64,000 nucleotides of DNA from Syntrophorhabdaceae bacterium (GCA_963665295.1 OY762209.1:704001-768000), one strand, 5' to 3'; counted from the stretch's first letter, positions 10,323 through 21,734 are shown. Translations and numbers: made by a program. Notes: generated from the letters alone by a model not told the origin.

Positions 10323-12312
10323 CTAGCGGCGGTCGCATACGGGAACAACACCTATGTGGCGGTGGGGGGAGAGCATCAAGCAGCAATTTCCACGGATGGC
10401 GGTATAACATGGATATCGACGTCTTTGGCCATGCCGGTAAATTATCCCAAAGCTATCACGTTCGGCAATGGAATGTTCGTGGTAGTGGGTCTTGCAAGCA
10501 CCATCGCCACGTCTGTGGATGGGGTGACATGGGAGACCCGCCTCCCGGCTAACCATAACGCTTCGCTTTATGGTGTCACATACGGCAACGCCAAATTTGT
10601 GGCGGTGGGGGAAGGCGGCTCGATTATGGTCGCGAACGAGTCTGACTTGAACACCTGGCCATTGGTAAACACATCAACCGATGTTAGGCTACAGGGTGTG
10701 GCATTTGATCCGAACGCGGGTTTTATGGCTGTAGGCAATGTGTATTACAAGTCTGTGGACGGGCAGACGTGGACACGCATTGATTCCGAAAATGGAAAAG
10801 GGCAGTGGAATGGAAATGGAATTGCCCATGGGTATGACACCTGGGTACGTGCGGGGGGCTTTCTCTTTAGTTCCTATGATCAGGATGGCTTTACTTGGGA
10901 TACTGACGCTGGGATTGCGACCTTTAATGCCATCACATTCGGTAACAGTTCATTCGTGGCAGTGGGCGGGAGGACGATCGCCCGATCTCTGCCGCTGAGC
11001 CTCCTTACGGTCGTCAAGCCGGGCACGGGAACTGGGACAGTCACCGGCCCAGCAGCCTTCTCAGGCTCTCTCTCCGGCGTCAGCTGTGGGAGCACATGCA
11101 GCTACTTTTACCTTCCGAATCTGCCTGTCACTCTCACCGCCGTTGCGGACACCTGCTCCTACTTCGCAGGCTGGGCAGAGTGGACAGGGTGCGGCACCAA
11201 CAGCGGTTGCGCAATAACAATGCCTGCAACCGGCGAAGCGACCGTTACGGCCGCCTTCGAGTCTCTGGGGTGTCTAAACAAGCCGGTGAGGCTGGTGAGT
11301 ACGGGCCAGGGATACGACACTCTTCAGCAAGCATACGACGTAGCGATAAACGGGGACACCATCAAGGTGCAGAAGGTGGAGCCGTATCTAACGGGCAGTC
11401 TGATCGCGGACCGAAATATTGCGGTGATTCTCACCGGAGGGTACAACTACACTTATACCTCCAATGCAGGCTACATGACCACTCTTAAAGGCTCGGTACA
11501 GACACTACTCGGCGCTGTAACTGTCGGAAATTTCGCAATAACTAATTGATAAAGGGAGAAATATAATGAAAAGAACTTTCATCGCTTTAATATTGAGCTT
11601 ATCACTGATCGGCTTAAGCGACTTCAGCCTCCTCGCTGCGGATGGGGACCTTCTTGTAAACGGCAAAGTTGGAATTGGAACAACAGTGCCGGATTTGGCA
11701 TTGCATGTCAAGGGTCCGTCGTCCGGCATTTCGCTGGAAAGTACCTATGGTACCAATGCTAAATGGTGGATACTGCCGCTAACAAATGATGCCACGAAAC
11801 TCTTCCGAATCTATGATCCCGAGGCATCAGCGGATAGGTTGGACATTACTTCTTCCGGCAATGTTGGTATCGGAACCTCTACGCCCAGTCAGATACTGTC
11901 AATTCAAACAGGAGGCGGAGGGAGTTGGATGTCCGCAGGTGACTCAGTGAACTCGGCAACTCCAAGCCTTTTTGGTTCTTACGGAACAGGTGCGGCGGCC
12001 ATTTATACTCAGTCAACCTATCCGATCAGTTTCTATACGAATACAGTCGAACGAATGAGAATTGGCGCTACCGGTGGCTTATCATTCGGCCCAACGTACG
12101 CAACGACTGACCCGGGGAGCGGCAATGTAATAATAAGCGGTATCGTCGGCATCGGAACAACGAATCCGGTCTACCCGATTGATGTGGTCGGGGATATCCG
12201 TCTTACCGGCAACCTTATAGGCGGCTGCTGTGGCAATTCCGACGTTCGTTGGAAAAAAAACATCGAACCTATCGGAACGTGTCAATGAAAATGAGACACT
12301 TCCATCAGATAT

Positions 12313-13311
12313 TTAGTGTACCCCGCCATCGCTCGTTGATAATGGCTTATTGATCCAGACGGCGTCAGGCAGTGACGCCGGTTTCGGCATCCTCCCCTTG
12401 AACCGTTCCGGATGTTTTTCATACGCAGCCCGCAGTACGTCCGTACGACCTTCAATGATCCTCAACGCTCTTCCATAATGGACGTCCTCGGGGGTGAGAA
12501 GACCTATCCCCGAATGGTAATGCTCGGTATTGTACCAGGGGAAGAATGTCTGGCAAAAGGCCCGGGCATCCTCAATGGAGCCGAACCTTTGAGGGAACTC
12601 GGGCCGGTACTTCATGGTCTTGAACTGAGATTCGGAATAGGGGTTGTCATTACTGACCGAAGGCCTCGAATGGCTCTTGGTGACCCCGAGATCGGCCATG
12701 AGCAGGGCGACGGGTTTCGACGTCATACTCGACCCCCTGTCCGCATGGATCAGGAGCTTACCGGGCTCTATCATTTGCTTCTCGCAGGTCTCCGCGATCA
12801 GTTTGCGAGCAAGGGCGGCAAGTTCCCTGTGGGCCACCATCCACCCCACCACATAGCGGCTGTAGATGTCGAGGATCACATAGAGGTAGTAGTAGGTCCA
12901 TTTTACGGAACCCTTGAGCTTCGTGATATCCCAGCTCCACGCCTCGTTGGGCGCCTTCGCGAGGATCTCCGGTTTTGCGTACCGGGGACGGGAGACCTGC
13001 CTCCTCCTTTCTTTCAGCTCACCTTCTTCTTCAAGGATCCGGTACATGGTGCGCACTGAACAGAGATAGCTCTTCTCGTCCAGGAGGGCCGCGTAGATTT
13101 CCCGGGGTGCTTTATCGATGAAGCGGTCCGAATGAAGGATATCAAGTACATCGTTCCGTTCCCCGAAGGAGAGGGCCAAGGGAGAGAGACGGTTCAAAGG
13201 TTCCTTCTCTTTCGGATGCTGCCACCGGTAAAAGCCCGCACGGGATACGTCGAGGGCGTTGCAGGCAGGGCGGATACCCACTTCATGGGCAAGCGATTGC
13301 GTGATGTTCAT
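12313..13311 (-). CDS. IS3 transposase OrfB (DDE/rve)
   Basis: PNEAWSWDITKL, ILDIYSRYVVGW, IHADRGS, SNDNPYSESQFKTMK. Confidence 0.93.
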   Translation of the reverse strand: MNITQSLAHEVGIRPACNALDVSRAGFYRWQHPKEKEPLNRLSPLALSFGERNDVLDILHSDRFIDKAPREIYAALLDEKSYLCSVRTMYRILEEEGELKERRRQVSRPRYAKPEILAKAPNEAWSWDITKLKGSVKWTYYYLYVILDIYSRYVVGWMVAHRELAALARKLIAETCEKQMIEPGKLLIHADRGSSMTSKPVALLMADLGVTKSHSRPSVSNDNPYSESQFKTMKYRPEFPQRFGSIEDARAFCQTFFPWYNTEHYHSGIGLLTPEDVHYGRALRIIEGRTDVLRAAYEKHPERFKGRMPKPASLPDAVWINKPLSTSDGGVH

Positions 13312-13706
13312 GACTTCTCCTCGCTCGACCCCTTGAGCAGCTCGGCCACTTTTTTTTGGACCTCGATAATGAGCTCCGCCTGTTTCAGTTTATGGGTGAG
13401 CCTCGTGTTCTCCTTTTCCAGTTCGATGGTGCGACGGATAAGGGGATCAGGCTTTTGTGTGACGGGTCCTCTCTTTTTCGGGATGAGGCCCTGGTGAACC
13501 TGACGCCGCCATGAGGTGAGGCTCGATGAATAAAGTCCCTCTCTGCGCAGAAGCGCCCCTATCTCACCCTTCCCGGTACAGTTCTCCACCTCCTTGAGGA
13601 TACGGAGCTTGTACGCCGCGGTGAATTTCCGGCGAACTGCCTTTTCCGGTACTTCCGGATCGGGGACTACCCTTGGTGATGCCATGACTGATTTCTTTTC
13701 TTCCAC
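13308..13706 (-). CDS. IS3 OrfA (HTH)
   Basis: RRKFTAAYKLRIL..GALLRREGLYSS; ATGA overlap with OrfB; A8G run near 13349-13357 is a possible -1 frameshift site. Confidence 0.9.
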   Translation of the reverse strand: MEEKKSVMASPRVVPDPEVPEKAVRRKFTAAYKLRILKEVENCTGKGEIGALLRREGLYSSSLTSWRRQVHQGLIPKKRGPVTQKPDPLIRRTIELEKENTRLTHKLKQAELIIEVQKKVAELLKGSSEEKS

Positions 13707-14093
13707 GATCGTTCTTTCCTTCCCGCCCCCAAGAGTCTAAACTATTGGGTGGGAAGTGTCTCACTTATATTGGCACGGAGGGTATGAAGAACGCTATTTC
13801 TCTCATTCAGGGGTTGCAGGCCGTAAGGTTTGATTGGAAAGCCGACGAATTCAAGGCCAAACATTTCAGCAGCGGAAGGCAGATAGGTCTTATCGCACAG
13901 GACGTAGAGAAGACACTCCCTGAACTTGTCAAAACCGACAAGGAAGGATATAAGATGATATCATATGATAAGCTGACGGCTGTCCTTGTCGAGGTCCTCA
14001 AAGAACAGCAGCAGCAAATCAACACCCTGAAGGCAGAGATAGAAAAACTGAAGACCCGTTAATCCTTGTGATAGCTTTGGACGTTTAGCCTAC

Positions 14094-14130
14094 GAAAGGG
14101 GAGCGGGCAGCTATGCTTTGCTCCCCTTTC
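14094..14130 (+). terminator. Hairpin after the S74 gene, likely terminator
   Basis: gaaaggggagc...gctcccctttc inverted repeat; U-tract is short. Confidence 0.55.
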
Positions 14131-14365
14131 GCGACTTATCTGGAACACGGTCTCTCTGTCGCGAGAAAATCCGCTCCACCAGTTCGGGACCGCATCAGAT
14201 CGAGGAAACTATATGTGGAAGTGAAACAGGGCGACTGTCGCTGCCCGAATCTTCGCAGGGCCGCCATCCGCGTGCCAGATGTCCGGGAGCGTCCAGGTCT
14301 CTGTCCTGGAAAGTCTATTTCCGTGTCGTATCCGGAGGAGAATTCGGGATGTCCGACCGCCCTTC

Positions 14366-15166
14366 TTAACCCCTTTTCAGGATGTCCGCAAGGCGATGGG
14401 CTTCGGGGAAATAATGGTGCAATGCAAGGGCACCGAACACGGCGACTGCGAGGGTAGCGGCGAAAGGTATCCAGGTAGCCCTGAACACGCTGCCCATCCA
14501 GTCCTCGTCATCGATCAACCGGGTCTTCTTCACAAGAGACGCCGCAAGAAGCCCTTCAAAGGCCGCCTCGGACAGGATCATGGGGGCCTCGAAAATAACA
14601 TAGATGGCGCCCCCCAGAATCACCGCTACCACCACCGCCAAAACCACAAGGACCACGATCCCCGTCAGTCCGGCCTTATCTCCCAATGCATCCGTTGCCC
14701 CGTCAACGGCGTCGCCGATCACACCCGTGCCTACCGACGCCCCCTCTGCAACGGTGGACGCGGAGTCCCCGACGGCAATCGGCACGACCGGGTCAAAGGA
14801 AGCCGAAGCCCCTGCCCCGGAAAACAGTCCTCCTCCGCCGCGAAGAGGAGATGCGCTTTCACCGGGGGAGCCGCCGGAAGACAATGAGGGGCCCGGCAGC
14901 CAGTCAACGGCGCTCGATCTGTCCGTCCTTTTGGAGGAGACATAGAGAAGCCATAGCTTGACGCACAGGAAGAAGACGAGGTAAGAGAGCACCACGGTAG
15001 CCCCATATCTCAGGGCAAAATTGTTCACCTTCAGGACAAGAAGGAGTTTTGAGATCAGGATCCCGGAAAAGAGGGTGGCGAGGAGGATTACGGTCATGTG
15101 GAAACGCAATGCATACCGTCGGCGCAATTCCTTTTGAAACTTCTCTTTCTTTCCCCCAAACATCAT
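14366..15166 (-). CDS. Hypothetical multi-pass membrane protein with Gly/Ser-rich loop
   Basis: Hydrophobic segments; GGGGLFSGAGASASF motif; RBS gaggagg. Confidence 0.65.
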   Translation of the reverse strand: MMFGGKKEKFQKELRRRYALRFHMTVILLATLFSGILISKLLLVLKVNNFALRYGATVVLSYLVFFLCVKLWLLYVSSKRTDRSSAVDWLPGPSLSSGGSPGESASPLRGGGGLFSGAGASASFDPVVPIAVGDSASTVAEGASVGTGVIGDAVDGATDALGDKAGLTGIVVLVVLAVVVAVILGGAIYVIFEAPMILSEAAFEGLLAASLVKKTRLIDDEDWMGSVFRATWIPFAATLAVAVFGALALHHYFPEAHRLADILKRG

Positions 15167-15439
15167 CTTCCTCCTCAGGCCTTATGCCCGCCCCCGGAGG
15201 TGGGCCCCACGGTTACGGGAAGGAGCCGCCCGCAGGAAACGGGAGGCCCTGCTCACATGTTCAGTAAACATGCTATAGGAACGTCGTCGAAAAGGCAAGT
15301 CCTTCCCGGTCGTCCGGGGATGGTCCCGCAAAGGCGGCAGCGGGAACGCAGATATCCTCATGGAATTGACGACAGCATGTCGGCAGGAAAGAGTGGGGCA
15401 GGTCCGGTTGGGGGGGGATTGAAACCTGCCCCTGGGGGA

Positions 15440-15637
15440 TTACTCCTTTTTGACGTTTGCCGCAGAGGGGCCTTTCGGGCCGTTCACCACATCAAAGGTC
15501 ACCTTGTCTCCCTCAGCCAGACTCTTGAAACCGCTATCGGCAATGGCGGAATAGTGCACAAACACGTCCTTCCCGTCCTCTGCCGTAATGAAACCAAAAC
15601 CCTTTGCATCATTGAACCACTTCACAGTTCCGTTCAT
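15440..15637 (-). CDS. csp: Cold-shock protein
   Basis: [34 protein letters not shown]. Confidence 0.97.
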   Translation of the reverse strand: MNGTVKWFNDAKGFGFITAEDGKDVFVHYSAIADSGFKSLAEGDKVTFDVVNGPKGPSAANVKKE

Positions 15638-16146
15638 ATTATACTTACCTCTTTTCAGGATGTCGGAGCCTGCACCGCAAAGACGGGCAGGTTCCTTTAT
15701 ATCTGCAACCTAAGGCGTGTCCGCCCCCCAGTCAAGGGGCGGACGGGGCCAAGGCAAACTTTTCATGGTAGATATGGGTGTCCCGGAAGATTGAAAGGCC
15801 CGGTTGTTCCTGGCTGCCTGACGCGAGGAACAACCGGGATGAAGCTGATGAACCGCCGGACACGGCGCGGATTGCCGGCTACCGGCTACCGGGTCTGTCC
15901 TGCCGCGGTGACGATCGTCGTTCTGTTCTCCCCGAAGCCTCCCCGGCCATCCCGTCGGTCCTCATTGGGACACCTGACGTGAGGATATGACGGCGACTGG
16001 GCGTCACGGAACCACGCGGGCGAGCACCGCATGGCGGATTGGTCGAAGCAGGGATTGAATTGGGGTCTGGCGCAACACCTTGCCCTCTTTTTCATAAGGC
16101 CTCCTTTACCTTCACAGGTATCAAATGATGATGAGAGGAGTATCAC

Positions 16147-16485
16147 TTATGATTCCGGTGGCTTGTACGGTGCCTCCTGATAAACGATCTTTAGAGTTAC
16201 CGCCTTTTCCTCCAGGGAATAGAGGGGTTGGAACGGAATAGCGAGGCGGATCTCGGTCAACAAGGTTTCATATGACCAGGCGGCATTGTGTGAACCGGCG
16301 TCATGCCGGCAATTCGAACATGCGGAAAAGACGGCGCATGCCTGCCCGGCCCCCGAGCAGCAATAACAGGCAAGGCCCGCGGCCGCCTTCTGCTTCATGG
16401 CGCTGCACTGCGCCATGGGTCCCATAGGGTAGGAAAGGGTAAACATGAAGACTAAAATGATCGACAAGAAAGAGAGTCTTTTCAT
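16147..16485 (-). CDS. Small exported Cys-rich protein
   Basis: Signal peptide; ACYCC, CAVFSACSNC; ends KPPES; begins 2 nt after the thioredoxin gene. Confidence 0.55.
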   Translation of the reverse strand: MKRLSFLSIILVFMFTLSYPMGPMAQCSAMKQKAAAGLACYCCSGAGQACAVFSACSNCRHDAGSHNAAWSYETLLTEIRLAIPFQPLYSLEEKAVTLKIVYQEAPYKPPES

Positions 16486-16486
16486 C

Positions 16487-17032
16487 TCAAAAAAGCGACC
16501 CCGTCATTTTATCCAGTTGATCGGCGTTTATCTCGCCGATAATCTTGAAACTGAGAACGCCGTTCCGGTCGAGCACGTATGTGGTGGGGACGCCCGAAAC
16601 ACCATACCGTCTAGCAGTCGAAAGGCCCGGGTCGAGGAGGATCGGATAGGAAACATTCAGTTTTGCCACATATCTTTCCGCGACCTGCTTGTCCTCGCCC
16701 GCATTTATGGAAAAAGCTATGACTCCCCGGTCTTTATTTCTCCTGCAGAATGATTCGAGGATGTACATTTCCTTCACGCAGTACGAGCAGGAGCTGAGCC
16801 AGAAATGCAATAGTACGACTTTCCCTTTCAGGTCCGTCGGGATGGCCACGGTTTTCCCATCGAGACTGCTGAGGCGGACATCCGGCAGCCTGTCCCCGAC
16901 GGTCAGGCTTGCGGCGACCTTTCCCCTGGGAGTGACCGCAACGATGAGGCACACAAGCATCACCCCACCCAGAACCAGGACAAGGGCGGTGGGGAAGCCC
17001 CTCTTTCTTCCGGAATAAGCCCGTTTTTTCAT
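16487..17032 (-). CDS. TlpA/ResA-like membrane-anchored thiol-disulfide oxidoreductase
   Basis: N-terminal TM; GKVVLLHFWLSSCSYCVKE; YGVSGVPTTYVLDRNG. Confidence 0.9.
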   Translation of the reverse strand: MKKRAYSGRKRGFPTALVLVLGGVMLVCLIVAVTPRGKVAASLTVGDRLPDVRLSSLDGKTVAIPTDLKGKVVLLHFWLSSCSYCVKEMYILESFCRRNKDRGVIAFSINAGEDKQVAERYVAKLNVSYPILLDPGLSTARRYGVSGVPTTYVLDRNGVLSFKIIGEINADQLDKMTGSLF

Positions 17033-17090
17033 ATTTTCCCTATAATCATCGACGGGAAGTAAGTCAACGGCCCGGAGAAAAGACGGTTTC

Positions 17091-18233
17091 TCAGCCTTCG
17101 CCGCTCTCCTCGTTGACCGCTGTCTCCTCCCCGGCGCTGCCCCCGACCCACGCCTTCAGGAGGGTGTAAGCTACCGCGAGCACTACGGGGCCGATGAAAA
17201 GACCGATAATCCCGAAGGCGAGCAGGCCGCCGATGACCCCGGCAAAGATCATGACGAGAGGCATATCGGCCCCTTTTCTGATGAGAACGGGACGGATAAT
17301 GTTGTCGAGGGTCACCGCGAGGACCGCAAATACAAGGAGGATTGTCCCCCACAATACCCCGTCATTGGCGTAGACCCAGATCAGGGCGGGAATGAGCACC
17401 AGGGTCGGACCCGCCTGGGCCAGACAGAGCATGAACATCACCGCAGTGAGGATCGCCACGGCCGGGACCCCGGTTACGAGAAGACCGATACCCCCGATGG
17501 TAGCCTGCATGAGGGCCGTGACCACCACGCCCAGGGCCACGCCCCGGATTGCCTTCTCCGCGAGATACATAACCTCCACCCCGTGCCGCCCTGCCAGGCG
17601 GCGGGCAAAATTACGGATACCCAAGGATGCCGTCTCACCTCTGGCGTAGAATATGGCCGCAATAATCACCGTCAAAAAGAACTGAAGTACCACCATCCCC
17701 ACACTGCCTGCCCGGGCGATAAACCATTTGATGGTCTCCCGGGCATAGGGGGCGAGGTACGTAAACGCCTGCTCCGGGCCCGTGTGGGAAAGCTGTTTCC
17801 AAAGGTCCACAAGCTTCGGGCCGGCCAGAGGAACACCCCCGAGCCACCCGGGAGGCGGCGGCGCGGGTAAAGTCGAGAGCGACTTCAACCAGGCAAAACC
17901 ATCGTCGGCCCCCATGATAATGGCGGTAATGGCGAGGAGAACGGGTATGACGACCACCAGCAGGAGCGCAACCGTCATGATCATCACGGCGAGCCACCGT
18001 TTGTTCCTCAGCCGCCCCTGGAGCCTGAGGAGGACGGGCCAGGTAGTCACCACGATCATGCCTGCCCAGACGATCGAGCTGATGAAGGGACGCATAACCC
18101 ACCCCACGGCGCCGATGAGGACGGCTATGAAAAGGATCTGAAGGGTCGTGCGGGTTACGTCGTGAGACGGCGGAAGCGTTTCCGCAACTGTCTCCTTCGG
18201 GACATTGTCGGCATTCACACTGTTATTGTCCAT
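17091..18233 (-). CDS. AI-2E family transporter (YdiK-like)
   Basis: Multiple TMs; LDNIIRPVLI, GVIGGLLAFGIIGLFIGPVVLA. Confidence 0.9.
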   Translation of the reverse strand: MDNNSVNADNVPKETVAETLPPSHDVTRTTLQILFIAVLIGAVGWVMRPFISSIVWAGMIVVTTWPVLLRLQGRLRNKRWLAVMIMTVALLLVVVIPVLLAITAIIMGADDGFAWLKSLSTLPAPPPPGWLGGVPLAGPKLVDLWKQLSHTGPEQAFTYLAPYARETIKWFIARAGSVGMVVLQFFLTVIIAAIFYARGETASLGIRNFARRLAGRHGVEVMYLAEKAIRGVALGVVVTALMQATIGGIGLLVTGVPAVAILTAVMFMLCLAQAGPTLVLIPALIWVYANDGVLWGTILLVFAVLAVTLDNIIRPVLIRKGADMPLVMIFAGVIGGLLAFGIIGLFIGPVVLAVAYTLLKAWVGGSAGEETAVNEESGEG

Positions 18234-18763
18234 GATTTCTCCTCTTGGCGAAAGACCGCACCTCTACCGCCGTTTTACGGCCATGGGCCCTTCCGGGCAA
18301 CATGTGTATTATTCTGTTATTGCGCTGCCCCAATGTCAATAGAATTCCGCCGGGACGGGGCAGTGGGAAGATCGGGGAAGGGAAAACCCCTCCGTACTTT
18401 AAGGGGGCAATCCCAAACCGGGGTTCTACTCTTCCATGTACTTTTTGTCCGGGCACCTTCAACACGGTAAACTTCACCGCTGACACGGGAGTTACCAGGG
18501 TAATAATTATTCGGCCCGGTCCCCGGGACCCGGCTACCGTTCCCGGGAACCGGTCTTTGTGCGGACAATAGACTGGCATACATGGTAATCGACAGGCTCC
18601 CGTGTTATAGTATTAATGGGATTAATAGGATTAGATTAAACGTGATTCCCGGAGGCGAAGCGGCAATCCGGGATACAATCAGCCGTCGGTCGGGGAGGAC
18701 TCATGACGCCACGGTGTGTGTCACATCCCTGTTTTTGTTCCGAAATAACCAGGTGGAGGATAT

Positions 18764-20665
18764 ATGCAGTCTGACGATAAGAAGAAGCCCATGGAGGAAT
18801 TGAAGGACAGATTGCATTCTGTCTTCGGCACAGGGGCTCCGCAGCAAAAAGGAAAAGGGGGCTTGCCGCCCAAAACCCATTTCAGCATCTGGTATTTCCT
18901 GATTGCCATGCTTTTGATCATGTACCTGCAACAATACCTTTTCGCCCCCAAGGTGGAAATGATCCCCTACGGCGAGTTCAAGCAGAGCCTCGCCGTAGGA
19001 GGTGTGAGCAAATTGGTCATCGGCCCGGATCAGATCACGGGTAAGTTGAAAGGGAAAGATCAGAAACCGGAGAAGGACTTCACCACCGTCCGCGTCGACG
19101 ATCCCGGTCTGGTCAAGGAGCTTGACGAACGCAAGGTCGGGTACCAGGGACGATACGACAGCAAGTTCCTGAGCGGCATCCTTACCTGGATACTTCCCAT
19201 AGGGATTATGCTCCTCGTCTGGCGGTTCGCCATGAAGAAGATGGGGCCCGGCATGGGGGTCATGTCTTTCGGCAAAAGCAAGGCCAAGCTTTTTGCGGAA
19301 AGTGAGACCAAGGTCACTTTCGCTGATGTGGCGGGAATCGACGAAGCTAAGGAAGAACTACAGGAAGTGGTGGAATTCTTACGAAATCCGGGGAAATTTC
19401 AGAAGCTTGGCGGGAGAATCCCCAAAGGAGTGCTCCTCGTGGGTCCCCCGGGAACAGGAAAGACCCTGCTCGCCAAGGCCGTTGCAGGGGAGGCGAAAGT
19501 GCCTTTTTTCAGCATCAGCGGGTCCGAATTCGTGGAAATGTTCGTGGGCGTCGGGGCATCCCGTGTCCGCGACCTCTTTTCCCAGGCCACGGGGCAGGCC
19601 CCGTGCATCGTTTTCATCGATGAACTCGATGCGTTGGGCAAAGCCCGGGGGATGAATGTCTTCGGAGGAAACGACGAGCGGGAACAGACCCTGAACCAAC
19701 TCCTCGTGGAAATGGACGGCTTCGAATCGAACAAAGGGGTCATCATCATGGCCGCCACCAACCGGCCGGAGATCCTCGACCCGGCCCTGCTCAGGCCCGG
19801 AAGGTTCGACCGGCAGGTCCTGGTTGACCGCCCCGACATAAACGGGAGGGAGGCAATCCTTCGCATACACTCCGTGAACGTCACCCTGGGACCCGATGTG
19901 GACCTTCGGAAGATCGCCGCCCTCACCCCGGGCTTTGTGGGGGCCGATCTCGCCAACCTCGTAAACGAGGCCGCCCTGCTCGCAGCCCGAAAAAGCAAGG
20001 AAACGGTCGGGCCAAAGGAGTTCGATGAGGCTGTGGACCGGGTAGTGGGCGGACTGGAAAAGAGAAACCGGGTGATGAACCCCCAGGAGAAGGAGATCGT
20101 GGCCTTTCACGAGTCGGGTCACGCAATTGTGGCCGAATCCGTGGGACATGCCGACCCGGTACACAAGATATCGATCATCCCCCGGGGCATTGCGGCCCTC
20201 GGCTACACCCAGCAGCAACCCACGGAAGACCGTTACCTCCTCACCCGCACCGAACTGCTCGACCGGCTTGCCGTCTTCCTGGGAGGGAGGGTGGCGGAAG
20301 AACTGGTCTTCAGCGAAATATCGACGGGCGCCCAGAATGACCTGCAGCGCGCAACGGATATCGCCCGGTCCATGGTCACGGAATACGGCATGAGCGACCG
20401 CCTGGGTCTCGTTACCTACGAGCCGTCTCACCGGCCCATGTTCCCTCCCGAAGGGTACGCCTCAAATAAGACCTATAGTGAAACAAGGGCTACCCAGATT
20501 GACGAGGAGATCTCCCGGATGGTCGAAGAAGCCCATAAGAGGGTGCAGAAGATCCTCACGGATCGCAGAAAAATCCTCGATGACCTGGCCCACCTCCTGT
20601 CAAAAAATGAAATCGTGCAGGGCGAAGAGTTGAGGATGATGCTATCCGCATTCACCGCCGCCTGA
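18764..20665 (+). CDS. ftsH: ATP-dependent zinc metalloprotease FtsH
   Basis: Two TMs, [42 protein letters not shown]. Confidence 0.96.
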   Translation: MQSDDKKKPMEELKDRLHSVFGTGAPQQKGKGGLPPKTHFSIWYFLIAMLLIMYLQQYLFAPKVEMIPYGEFKQSLAVGGVSKLVIGPDQITGKLKGKDQKPEKDFTTVRVDDPGLVKELDERKVGYQGRYDSKFLSGILTWILPIGIMLLVWRFAMKKMGPGMGVMSFGKSKAKLFAESETKVTFADVAGIDEAKEELQEVVEFLRNPGKFQKLGGRIPKGVLLVGPPGTGKTLLAKAVAGEAKVPFFSISGSEFVEMFVGVGASRVRDLFSQATGQAPCIVFIDELDALGKARGMNVFGGNDEREQTLNQLLVEMDGFESNKGVIIMAATNRPEILDPALLRPGRFDRQVLVDRPDINGREAILRIHSVNVTLGPDVDLRKIAALTPGFVGADLANLVNEAALLAARKSKETVGPKEFDEAVDRVVGGLEKRNRVMNPQEKEIVAFHESGHAIVAESVGHADPVHKISIIPRGIAALGYTQQQPTEDRYLLTRTELLDRLAVFLGGRVAEELVFSEISTGAQNDLQRATDIARSMVTEYGMSDRLGLVTYEPSHRPMFPPEGYASNKTYSETRATQIDEEISRMVEEAHKRVQKILTDRRKILDDLAHLLSKNEIVQGEELRMMLSAFTAA

Positions 20666-20835
20666 AAAGTGCCTTGTCCGCCCGGGGGGGGGCACCCCCG
20701 GCGGACAAGGCACTCCGGCCGGGCAATGCCTTCGGGGGCGTCCCGGTCCGGCCAGTTTCCCCTCCGGCTCACCCTAAGCATCCGCTACACCGCTGTTGTA
20801 AAAGACCTCTGCCTTCCCGCGGTCGGCGCCGCCCC

Positions 20836-21681
20836 TCAGCACCGTGCCGTTCCGATCACTTCCTCGCAGGGTATGACGATCCGGTCCTCTCCCGAGCGAA
20901 AATGCTCCGCAGTTTTCATGACGGTCACTCTTATTTTCGACGCGACTTCCTCCGGTATGCCGGTGAGCAACATCTGGAGACGGCCGCTTATGCCCACCAC
21001 CCTCTCCCAGTATTCCTCCGCGCTCTTCACTTCGAGAGCAACGGTCGTCCTCCTCGTCGTGATGTCTCGAAAACCGGCGTCGGAAAGGGCCTTTTCGAGG
21101 ACCCCCTCCGCCCCGAAGTCGAACCACATGGGCGCGCCGGGCACTGCGGCCGCGGGCCACAGGTCCCTCACGGTCTTCGCAACTATGCCTATCGTAAGGG
21201 CGCGGTCGGGCGTGCTCCACACGGAAAGGGCCAGCCAGCCTCCGTCCTTCCTGAGGACACGCTGCATCTCCAAAAGGGCCTTTGTCCGGTCCGTGGTATG
21301 CACGAGCCCGTGGTTACACAGGACCACGTCGAAGGAGTCGTCGGCAAAGGGCAGGGCCTCTGCATCCCCTTCCTGGAAAACGACGTTCGTGAGACCTCTC
21401 TCCCCGGCCTTCTTTCGTGCCAGCTCCACCATTCCCGGCGCAAGGTCCACTCCCGTCACGGTCCCGCCAGGGGCCACAAGGCGCGCTGCCATGAGGGCCG
21501 GGATGCCCGGGCCGCAGGCGACGTCGAGGACGTGCCTACCGGGCGCGAGTTGAGCGCCCTCGAGGAGCGGCGTCGCGCACATTTCGAAAACCCCGCTTCC
21601 GAACCTTTCATAATCGGACGCGGTCATACTGTAAACACGGCTCTCAATGATCTTGTATTGTGCAGGATCGAATGTGGTCAT
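20836..21681 (-). CDS. Class I SAM-dependent methyltransferase (UbiE-like)
   Basis: VLDVACGPG, GVDLAPGMV, GDAEALPFADDSFDVV; RBS ggggagg before ATG 21681. Confidence 0.88.
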   Translation of the reverse strand: MTTFDPAQYKIIESRVYSMTASDYERFGSGVFEMCATPLLEGAQLAPGRHVLDVACGPGIPALMAARLVAPGGTVTGVDLAPGMVELARKKAGERGLTNVVFQEGDAEALPFADDSFDVVLCNHGLVHTTDRTKALLEMQRVLRKDGGWLALSVWSTPDRALTIGIVAKTVRDLWPAAAVPGAPMWFDFGAEGVLEKALSDAGFRDITTRRTTVALEVKSAEEYWERVVGISGRLQMLLTGIPEEVASKIRVTVMKTAEHFRSGEDRIVIPCEEVIGTARC

Positions 21682-21734
21682 CGCGCTGCCTCCCCTTTTT
21701 TCCATAATGTATACCGGGCATGAAGCGCATGACA

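Larger units (their letters stand above)
8925..11549 (+). pseudogene. Secreted beta-propeller-like (YGNGxxVAVG repeats) + InlB B-repeat-like protein, interrupted by IS630
   Basis: Removing the IS and one CTAG joins ...TGPL|AAVAYGNNTYVAVGG in frame, giving about 495 aa; signal peptide; RBS aaggaggt. Confidence 0.8.
12273..13782 (-). mobile_element. IS3-family element, copy 1
   Basis: IRs TGTCAATGAAAATGAGACACTTCC (12280-12303) and ggaagtgtctcacttatattggca (13752-13775); same ORFs and ends as the copy at 51396-52905; TAT flanks both sides. Confidence 0.92.
11566..14062 (+). pseudogene. Secreted GNVGIGT-repeat protein with C-terminal peptidase S74 intramolecular chaperone, interrupted by IS3
   Basis: Signal peptide; three GxVGIGT repeats; NSDVRWKKNIEP|MKNAISLIQGLQAVRFDWK...IGLIAQDVE..PELV..YDKLTAVLVE rejoined in frame, about 327 aa. 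Confidence 0.85.
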
